Of a stretch of 64,000 bases of DNA, positions 58,901 to 64,000 are shown one piece after another. Made by a program: the position numbers and the translations under genes. Position 1 is the stretch's first letter. Every line of letters begins with the position of its first letter. This DNA is from Thermodesulfobacteriota bacterium (GTDB taxonomy: Bacteria; Desulfobacterota_D; UBA1144; Nemesobacterales; Mycalebacteriaceae), in contig OZ242184.1 of the NCBI GenBank assembly GCA_965205855.1, forward strand, positions 512,001 through 576,000, written 5' to 3'. The notes beneath the pieces were generated by a model. That model was not told where the DNA came from and made no database searches. It saw nothing but the letters and a program-made list of their open reading frames with translations.

Positions 58901-61900
58901 ACAGAGCGATAGATGCGGCGGGCAACCAGGCCGAGATAACCAGAACAGTCACCGTCAGCCCGGACGGAACTGTCCCGGTTATCAGCCTGTTAGGCGATGC
59001 CGAGATAACCATAGCGGCGGATACTATCTATGCTGATGCCGGTGCGACAGCCACGGACGCTGTTGACGGGGATATTAGCGGCCTGATAACAGCGAGCATC
59101 GTCTACAATAACAACACCGCCAACATCGGCGACGACGAGACGGTCACTGCAGTCGATACCAGCAGGGTCGGCACCTACACCATCACCTACAACGTGTCAG
59201 ATGCGGCGGGCAACGCTGCCACAGCGGTCAGCCGCAGGGTCACTGTCGAGGACAGAACCGCCCCGGTAATTAGCCGGAACGGCCCTTATAGGGTATCCAT
59301 CGGGCAGGGCGAGACCTATACGGACGCCGGTGCGACGGCCACGGACAATATTGACGGGAACGGGACTATTACCGCTGTGATCACAACGACCATTGTCTAC
59401 AATAACAACACCTCCGGCACTGGCGACGACAGGACGGTCACTGCGGTAGATACCGGCAGTGTTGGCGTCTACAACATCACCTACAACGTGACAGACGCGG
59501 CGGGCAATGCTGCCGCGCCAAGGCGCAGGAGGGTTACTGTCGTCGCGGACGGGACTGCTCCGGTTATTAGCCTGCTCGGTCTTGCTACGGTATCCATCGT
59601 GCAGGGTGCTGACTATGCTGATGCCGGTGCGAGGGCCACGGACGATATTGACGGTGATATTACCGCCCTGATCACAGCGACCATTACCGACAGCAGTGGC
59701 GCCGTGATTGCTGCGGTAGATACTGGCACGCCCGGCGTCTACACCATTACCTACAGGGTGTCAGATGTGGCGGGCAACGAAGCCACGGCGGTCATTCGAA
59801 CCCTCAACGTCACCCTGGATGAGACGGCTCCGACCCTCAGTGTGATCGGTTCGGATAGAACCGTCCGGCTGGGTGGTGACTATACGGACGCCGGTGCCAT
59901 TGCGTTTGACAATGGCGTGAATGTTAGGGATCAGATAGAGACGACCATTACCGACAGCATCGGCACCGTGATTGCTGCGGTGGATACCGGCACGCCCGGC
60001 GTCTACACCATCACCTACAGGGTGAGAGATGTGGCGGGCAACGAAGCCGAGGTCTTCAGAATGGTCACCGTGAGCGGCGGCCCAATCATCACTGACAGCC
60101 GGGGCCAGACCCCGACCCCGACCGAGGGTCAGAGACTGGAAGCAGCGACTGGCACCATTACCGACGCCAGGGGCAGCTTCAGTTATCAATGGACTGCCAA
60201 TAGAGTGGCTATCAGCGGCGCGGACAGGGCGCGCTACACCCCGACCCAGGCCGAGGTGGGCAAGATGATAAGGGTTATTGTGTCCTACACTGATACGCAG
60301 AGTGCTAACCGGCGCCTGACCAGCATTCCCGTCGGGCCGGTAGTCAATGTCAATGACGCGCCCACCGGAGTACCGATCATTGCCGGCATCCCGACCCAAG
60401 GTCGGACCCTGACGGCGGATACCTCGGGCATTGAAGATGAAGATGGTCTGAATAGAGCGGTTTTCACCTATCAATGGAATACGCGTGTCGGTGGCACGGA
60501 CACGGCAATTGATGGAGCCACCGCCAGTACCTACACCCTGAGCCAGTCCGAGGTGGGCGAGAGAATCACCCTGAGCGTCGGCTACACCGATGATGAAAAC
60601 ATGGACGAGGGTCCTCTGACCAGCGTTTCCGTCGGGCCGGTGTCCAATGCCAATGTTCGTCCCACCGGCGAGGTGACCATTGATGGCACCCCGACCGAGG
60701 GTGAGACTCTGACGGCGAATACCGATGCCATTGAAGATGAGGATGGTCTGAGTAGAGCGGTTTTCACCTATCAATGGAATACGCGTGTCGGTGGCACGGA
60801 CACGGCAATTGATGGAGCCACCGCCAGTACCTACACCCTGAGCCAGTCCGAAGTGGGCGAGAGAATCACCCTGAGCGTCGGCTACACCGATGATGAAAAC
60901 ATGGACGAGGGGCCTCTGACCAGCGTTTCCGTCGGGCCGGTGTCCAATGTTAATGACGCGCCCACCACCAGCGGTCTGGCGGTTACGACAGACGAGGATA
61001 TCGCCTATACCTTTGGGTTGGCCGACTTTTCCTTTACCGATGTCGACACTGGCGATAGTCTGGAGCAAGTGCGCATCGATACCCTGCCCGACGCTGGTAT
61101 CGGCAGCCTGTCCCTGAGCGGCACAGCGGTGACCGCGATGCAAGAGATTGCGGTTGGGGATATTACGAATCTGGTCTATACCCCGGTGGCCAATGTCAAC
61201 GGCGCTGCGACCTTCACCTTCAGCGTCTCCGACGGCACTGCCTTCAGTGCGTCCGCCACGGCAACCGTGACCGTTACCGCGGTCAATGACCCGCCCACTG
61301 GCAGTGTAATCATCACCGGCACGGCGACCGAGGGCCAGACCCTGACGGCGAACACCGATGGCATCAGCGATGCCGATGGCCCTGATACCCTGACATTCAG
61401 CTATCAATGGCTATCGGGTTTCAGTCCGATAGCCGGCGCGAACGGAAGCACCTACATCCTGACCCCGGCCGATGTGGGCCAGTTTATCAGCGTGTCCGTC
61501 CGCTATACCGATGCTAATAACATGACCCATAGTGTGAGTAGTGCTCCCTTCGGGCCGGTGATCGTGGCGGGCACGGTGACGGTTTCCATTGCGCCCCCCG
61601 GCGCCGCAGTCGATGAGGGCGATCCCGCGACCTTCACCGTGACCCTGTCGGGTTCTCCCACGGATGAAGTGGTGGTGAACTATGCCACCTCGCCCGACAC
61701 GGCGGTGGCGGCTGATTTCACCGATACCAGTGGCACGCTGACCTTCGCCGCGAACGCGAGCGGGGCCGCCCTGAGCCAGGATATCAGCGTACCGACGACG
61801 GACGATAGCGAGACCGAGGGCGATGAGACCTTCACCCTGACCCTGAGCGCGAACACTGCCAGCCCACTACCGGCAGGTGTCACTCTGGACACGACCACGG

Positions 61901-64000
61901 CCCAGGCGACCATCGCAGCCAACGATGCACCGGTCAACAGCCCGCCCACCACCAGCGATCTGACGGTCACCACAAACGAGGATACCGACTATACCTTTGC
62001 GGCGGCTAACTTCAACTTTAACGATGCCGACACTGGCGATATGCTGGAGCAAGTGCGCATAGATAGCCTGCCCGGTACCGGCACCCTGACCCTGAACAAC
62101 ACAGCGGTGACCGCGATGCAAGAGATTGCGGTTGGGGATATTGCGAATCTGGTCTATACCCCGGTGGCCAATGTCAACGGCGCTGCGACCTTCACCTTCA
62201 GCGTCTCCGACGGCACTGTCTTTAGTACCCCGCCCGCCACGGCAACCATCACCATTAACTCGGTCAATGATGATCCTGATGGCGAAGTGACTATCAGCGG
62301 CATTCCCCGGGTGGGGGAGACCCTGACGGCAAACACCTCTGGCATTACCGATGCCGATGGCCCTACGAGCCTGACTTTCACCTATCAATGGCTTGCGAAC
62401 GACGGAACCACGAACGAGGAGATCAACGGCGCGACCTCCGAAACCTACCTCCTGACCGCGGACGAAATGGGCGAGACGATCACTGTGTCCGTGCGCTATA
62501 CCGATGCTGGTAACACGCCGGAAAGCCTGACCAGCGCGCCCACGGAGGCGGTGGTGGCGCCGGGCAACATCCCGGCGACGGGAGAACCGACCATCAGCGG
62601 CATTCTCCAGGTGGGCCAGACCCTGACAGCGGACACCTCTGCAATTACCGATGCCAATGGGCCTACCGCACCCGCCTTCAGCTACCAATGGCAGGCGGAC
62701 GGCCAGGATATTGCCGGCGCGACCGCCATCACCTATATCCCGACTGCGGACGATGTCGGTGATATGATCACCGTGACGGCCATCTTCACCGATGACGGGG
62801 GAACGCGTGAAGAACGGACCAGTGCCCCCACGGCGGCGATCCAGACCAATACCCGCCCCACCGCCAATGCCGGTTCAGGTTCGACAGGGGCCAAAGGTAG
62901 CCTCATCACGCTCAATGGCTCTGGCAGTAACGACCCCGACGGCGATAATGCAAATCTGACGTATCTATGGACGCAGCAGCCTGGCAGCACCCCGGTGACT
63001 TTAAGCGATCCGACAGCACAGCAACCGACGTTCACCATTCCAACCGTAATAGAGCGCGGTTTTACTTTTGTTTTCAGTCTGGTCGTTAGCGACGGGGCGC
63101 TCTCGTCCACCAACAGGGCTGAAGTCACCATCTTTACCCGACCGATATTTCGGTTCCCCACGACCCTTGTTGATCAGACCTATGTGGTGGGCAACCAAAT
63201 TGCTGATCTGGCTTTGCCCACGGCACTGGATATTGTAGGCACTCCCAATATCTATATGCTGAGTCCCCTGCCGCCTGGACTGACCTTTAATACTACTAAC
63301 CGCACACTGTCTGGTACGCCGACCCAGGCTGGAACCTTTGACCTGACCTACGTCGCGACGAGTAGCTTTGGCACGGATTCACGCAACTTTAGCATTGCGG
63401 TGATTAACCTCCCGACCATCACTGGCACTCCGACCGAGGGTGAGGAGCTAACGGCAGACGCCTCTGCAATTATCGCGGCCAACGGGCTTGACGAATCCGA
63501 CATCAGCTACCAATGGCAGGCGGATGGCGTAGATATTGCCAACGCGACCTCCATCACCTACACCCTGAGCACGGACGATATCGGTAAGAGGATCACCGTG
63601 ACGGCCAGCTTCACCGTTGGCTCAACGAGTGAAGAACGAACCAGCGCACCCACGGCGTTGGTGGCGGTGGCGGGCAACATCCCGGCGACGGGAGAACCGA
63701 CCATCAGCGGCATTCTCCAGGTGGGCCAGACCCTGACAGCGGACACCTCTGGAATTACCGATGCCAATGGGCCTGCCGCACCCGCCTTCAGCTACCAATG
63801 GCAGGCGGACGGCCAGGATATTGCCGGCGCGACCGCCATCACCTATATCCCGACTGCGGACGATGTCGGTGATATGATCACCGTGACGGCCATCTTCACC
63901 GATGACGGGGGAACGCGTGAAGAACGGACCAGTGCCCCCACGGCGGTGATCCAGACCAATACCCGCCCCACCGCCAATGCCGGTTCAGGTTCGACAGCGG
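49171..64000 (+). CDS. Gene 4 C-terminal continuation (>4900 aa, open to window end)
   Basis: ATG AGA ACC TAC... at 49171. Spot-translated in this frame at 49981, 50521, 52021, 55201, 57001, 60061 and 63961, always giving repeat-module sequence. Its absence from the ORF track fits there being no stop before 64000. Confidence 0.85.
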   Translation, partial: MRTYTLTQSEVGKNIVVEVSYRDLQGGNETVRSADSFGPVDNVDQPPTISSVPPVSSDPDSPTTFRVSPGEPFLFRITAEDLDGDGVQIIPRALLGSWLSFLPLFEETDFENGFGIAEVSGTPGSADIGSTTMGGFDVFTTNLSEQRSDTLPVFFIEVIDNSLPTIGGTPTEAVEDSAYNFTPEGEDADGDTLTYMIENLPAWASFNSATGALTGTPGNDDVGMTTGIVISVTDGIIATPVELPAFDLTVINTNDPATGRPGIQVATSEGGMEPNRFIEFTALPESIVDQDGLPEEDYSGLQRPFTYQWNRHEAGVDTAIPGETSKFYRQPVADFGDRVTLTVVSFTDLRGGNEGPLTSAPALAMGINLFATGEVTIDGDLIEDQTLTANTETLGDPNGLPDPSTFTYVWERQPAGQLSRPISGATSNTYVLTQADVGARIRVIVHYTDLDGFTRNAPPGDSEEDVEIGVASNFRGPVANFSHASTGGVSITNADGEPLTGAQGEPPPAGIPPPAEDQMLTADASAIEDADGLPDESTFTYQWNTRDGATDTPIPGATGRTYTLTQSEVDKPVTLRVSFIDGDGTEENQTSEATAEVTNVNDLPTGAVTINGILTDGAELTANISALVDEDGLPDESEFEYEWFANFTPITDATERTYTLTQAEVGKSITLTVRYTDLQGVDESLTSLLTAPVFNADDPTTGFPDIIGDLIQGQTVTVDTSGLMDEDGLGTFTYRWQRSDGMNPVFIDGATGSTYTLTQDDVGHFLFVFVVHTDLLGGITGELQGGTDLGFNAFVRNINDPPTGLTISGGLVVGQTLSADTSALVDIDGLPDESEFSYQWQADGVDIANATDPSYVLTPANIDNHISVTLSYTDNFSENESITSPARGPVRAAEINNAPSTGGLAVTTDEDTAYTFAAANFNFNDADTGDMLEQVRIDSLPGTGNLTLNGTAVSDGQEIVTGAIPNLVYTPALNFNGSVSFLYSVSDGVVFSTPPANAAISITPVNDSPTGVAPVLPALGLAGGAQTVDLNSSFSDPDGDGLIYSASSVDESVLRVSVSGAVLILTPVALGASTLTITAEDGNGGSFSLSVDATVGTNSRPRIPDIVLPVLTESAGEQSFEVSDNATGVDPDGDSLTYTVFSDDEGIATARIDNSPPLITLIITPISIGSTTFTITADDGNGGTDSRRVAVQVLGPNQAPQRTTVPLVAPELSRAAGPQEVELSGAFTDPDGDDDALTYDAAFLSGDADVVTLAVTGSTLTLTPVGIGSASINISATDSRGGIGAGALDVTVNNSPPSGAVSIDGTPTEDEELTAVTGAIVDADGLDNAVFTYQWNRNDGTTDTAISDATSATYTLTQSDVGEVITVTVSYQDGGGNDESLTSAPTEAVANVNDEPTGLPIITGTATEDETLTADTSGIEDDDGPDTLSFTYQWNRNDGTTDTAISDATSATYTLTQSDVGEVITVTVSYQDGGGNDESLTSAPTEAVGNVNDEPTGLPIISGTATEDETLTADTSGIEDDDGPDTLPFTYQWNRNDGTTDTAISDATSATYTLTQSDVGEVITVTVSYQDGGGNDESLTSAPTEAVAAAITPNTPPTSSGLDVTLDEDGSHTFAVAQFNFADTDSGDSLDAVRIDSLPASGSLTLSGAAVSVMDVIAAADISNLVYTPVANVNGAATFTFSVSDGTDFSTPPATATLTVTPVNDAPTTSDLSATTDEDTAYDFTASDFNFSDVDSGDSLDAVRIDSLPASTNGSLTLNGTAVALAQEIPVAGIPNLVYTPAANVHGMDSFTFSVSDGTDFSTPPSTATITINSVNDEPSGTVTISGTPRVGQTLMADTTGITDADGPDMLSFTYQWLAGSNLISNSDSPTYILTGDELGEMISVDVSYMDADGIEGGLVSDPVGPVIAASTNNPPTTSGLTATTAEDIPYTFAAGNFNFNDTDSGDSLDAVRIDSLPANTDGSLALNGTAVIVTQEISVAGIPNLVYTPVTNVNGAATFTFSVSDGTDFSTPPATATLTVTPVDDDPIGLPTISGTPRVGETLTANTSGISDADGLTNVTFTYQWLADGGPLSGATLPTLALTSANLGADIEVRVSFTDDAGNNEVLTSDPVSIEAAAAPFPSAVIAPIAPALLLTENGVEGVDGGVTITLDGSGSSTTPPGGTLTYAWTELSGTDTALTGAVTAMLSFTTPARAVEVANLVFQLTVTDTASNSEGFTTIGVTVLPTMVEPVVAVAGPDQTVSAGATVTLDGRASTGGTLSYSWVQTAAPGAGIQLDDFESATPVFTAPDVTTTRDLEFRLQVMGSGISSNFDEVIITVVGAPNISSGVNSLSAPVGVAIEPITITSTSGGTVASYSIAPSIDNGLFFDESTGTISGTPFASAAEVVYTITGENVSGTDTVEVAITATDGNLPPVANAGTDRTVRPTLNFVVELDGSASSDPEGGALIYVWTQNGEPEVGLTGRDTATPGFTLTQSLLDQLSGEPTLSFSLTVTDAMNQASAPDSVDIRFDMTPPVISLVGDFSVSIGEGGTYTEAGAAATDAVDGDISGDIRTAIVYDNNTVDTSDDDLVNAVDTARVGIYTITYRVADTAGNAATPLIRTVEVEDRTAPAITLLGEAEITIAADTAYTDAGATAMDNADGDISSDIRTAIVYDNNTADTGDDETVTAVDTARVGVYTITYNVEDAAGNVATAASRRVTVEDRTAPVIDRNGPYRVSIGQGETYTDAGATATDNIDGDISGQITVSITDSSGTTITAVDTGRVGVYNITYNVTDTAGNAAAPRRRRVTVTADVTPPVITLVGASVVSIDQGGTYTDAGATATDAVDGDISGQITVSIVYNNNTGDDETDDETVNAVNTSRVGVYTITYRVTDDAGNDATAVERTVEVEDVTPPVLSRLGAFSVSIEQGATYADAGAAATDNVDGDIGDRVRPSFVYNNNTPDPGDDIRVNAVDTSRVGVYTITYNVTDAAGNAATPVERRVTVEEGTAPVITLLGDSTVSIDQFATYTDAGATATDAAEGNITNRIRTTIVYNNTAGTGDDETVNAVDTLRVGVYTITYNVADAAGNDATAVSRTVTVADRTAPVINLGDPARVSIAVGADYIEQATASDDTDGDITSAITATIVYNNNTADTGDDETVNMVDTSRLGIYTITYRVADVAGNDTAVERRVTVEDQTAPAITLVGDSAVSIGQGGTYTDAGATATDNIDGNITNRVSMRITDSSGTVIAAVNTRTTGVYTITYRAIDAAGNQAEITRTVTVSPDGTVPVISLLGDAEITIAADTIYADAGATATDAVDGDISGLITASIVYNNNTANIGDDETVTAVDTSRVGTYTITYNVSDAAGNAATAVSRRVTVEDRTAPVISRNGPYRVSIGQGETYTDAGATATDNIDGNGTITAVITTTIVYNNNTSGTGDDRTVTAVDTGSVGVYNITYNVTDAAGNAAAPRRRRVTVVADGTAPVISLLGLATVSIVQGADYADAGARATDDIDGDITALITATITDSSGAVIAAVDTGTPGVYTITYRVSDVAGNEATAVIRTLNVTLDETAPTLSVIGSDRTVRLGGDYTDAGAIAFDNGVNVRDQIETTITDSIGTVIAAVDTGTPGVYTITYRVRDVAGNEAEVFRMVTVSGGPIITDSRGQTPTPTEGQRLEAATGTITDARGSFSYQWTANRVAISGADRARYTPTQAEVGKMIRVIVSYTDTQSANRRLTSIPVGPVVNVNDAPTGVPIIAGIPTQGRTLTADTSGIEDEDGLNRAVFTYQWNTRVGGTDTAIDGATASTYTLSQSEVGERITLSVGYTDDENMDEGPLTSVSVGPVSNANVRPTGEVTIDGTPTEGETLTANTDAIEDEDGLSRAVFTYQWNTRVGGTDTAIDGATASTYTLSQSEVGERITLSVGYTDDENMDEGPLTSVSVGPVSNVNDAPTTSGLAVTTDEDIAYTFGLADFSFTDVDTGDSLEQVRIDTLPDAGIGSLSLSGTAVTAMQEIAVGDITNLVYTPVANVNGAATFTFSVSDGTAFSASATATVTVTAVNDPPTGSVIITGTATEGQTLTANTDGISDADGPDTLTFSYQWLSGFSPIAGANGSTYILTPADVGQFISVSVRYTDANNMTHSVSSAPFGPVIVAGTVTVSIAPPGAAVDEGDPATFTVTLSGSPTDEVVVNYATSPDTAVAADFTDTSGTLTFAANASGAALSQDISVPTTDDSETEGDETFTLTLSANTASPLPAGVTLDTTTAQATIAANDAPVNSPPTTSDLTVTTNEDTDYTFAAANFNFNDADTGDMLEQVRIDSLPGTGTLTLNNTAVTAMQEIAVGDIANLVYTPVANVNGAATFTFSVSDGTVFSTPPATATITINSVNDDPDGEVTISGIPRVGETLTANTSGITDADGPTSLTFTYQWLANDGTTNEEINGATSETYLLTADEMGETITVSVRYTDAGNTPESLTSAPTEAVVAPGNIPATGEPTISGILQVGQTLTADTSAITDANGPTAPAFSYQWQADGQDIAGATAITYIPTADDVGDMITVTAIFTDDGGTREERTSAPTAAIQTNTRPTANAGSGSTGAKGSLITLNGSGSNDPDGDNANLTYLWTQQPGSTPVTLSDPTAQQPTFTIPTVIERGFTFVFSLVVSDGALSSTNRAEVTIFTRPIFRFPTTLVDQTYVVGNQIADLALPTALDIVGTPNIYMLSPLPPGLTFNTTNRTLSGTPTQAGTFDLTYVATSSFGTDSRNFSIAVINLPTITGTPTEGEELTADASAIIAANGLDESDISYQWQADGVDIANATSITYTLSTDDIGKRITVTASFTVGSTSEERTSAPTALVAVAGNIPATGEPTISGILQVGQTLTADTSGITDANGPAAPAFSYQWQADGQDIAGATAITYIPTADDVGDMITVTAIFTDDGGTREERTSAPTAVIQTNTRPTANAGSGSTA
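53161..53935 (+). repeat. ~2.6 x 297-bp near-identical tandem repeat (gene 4)
   Basis: Period seen directly and from antisense ORFs ending at 53280, 53577 and 53874. Confidence 0.9.
56704..60069 (+). repeat. ~12 tandem DUF5011-like modules (gene 4), paralogous to 4564-7725
   Basis: Same motif and largely the same unit order as gene 1, with many substitutions. Confidence 0.8.

Larger units (their letters stand above)
41913..64000 (+). pseudogene. Giant Ig-repeat adhesin, gene 4, split by a +46-bp frameshift; runs off the window end
   Basis: Same signal peptide as gene 2. The frame stops at 49169 because of a perfect 46-bp tandem duplication (49105-49150 / 49151-49196). The same repeat sequence continues in the shifted frame to 64000. 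Could be a phase-OFF allele, a true pseudogene or an assembly error. Confidence 0.8.

Noticed and set aside
1-64000. RTX/T1SS giant adhesin (LapA/SiiE-like) assignment
   Set aside because: No GGXGXD nonapeptide blocks noticed. The proteins have Sec signal peptides and C-terminal beta-barrels, and no T1SS genes are present.

Overview
The whole window is one tandem array of four giant, co-oriented (+ strand) surface-protein genes separated by spacers of only 66, 333 and 95 bp. Gene 1 is <1..13857 (5'-truncated, >4618 aa), gene 2 is 13924..27006 (4360 aa), gene 3 is 27340/27439..41817 (~4800 aa), and gene 4 is 41913..>64000 (>7300 aa if a 46-bp frameshifting tandem duplication at 49105-49196 is removed). 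The shared plan is a Sec signal peptide, a gene-specific tip, a long acidic Thr/Asp-rich stalk, and a near-identical C-terminal block (SwmB-like domain, helical linker, autotransporter-like beta-barrel ending GMKLRF). Only genes 2 and 3 show both ends inside the window. The stalks are assembled from one shared pool of Ig-like modules (cadherin-like, Calx-beta, PKD-like, He_PIG/putative-Ig, DUF5011-like). Most notable: (i) the barrel appears to carry ~6 extra strands beyond the canonical 12; (ii) kb-scale modules are shuffled and patch-converted between genes, with short hypervariable loops on near-identical frameworks; (iii) genes 2-4 each have a putative sigma70 promoter, and there are several candidate ON/OFF switches. 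No RNA genes, CRISPR arrays, transposases, recombinases or secretion-machinery genes are visible. Domain names come from motif recognition by eye, not from HMM searches.
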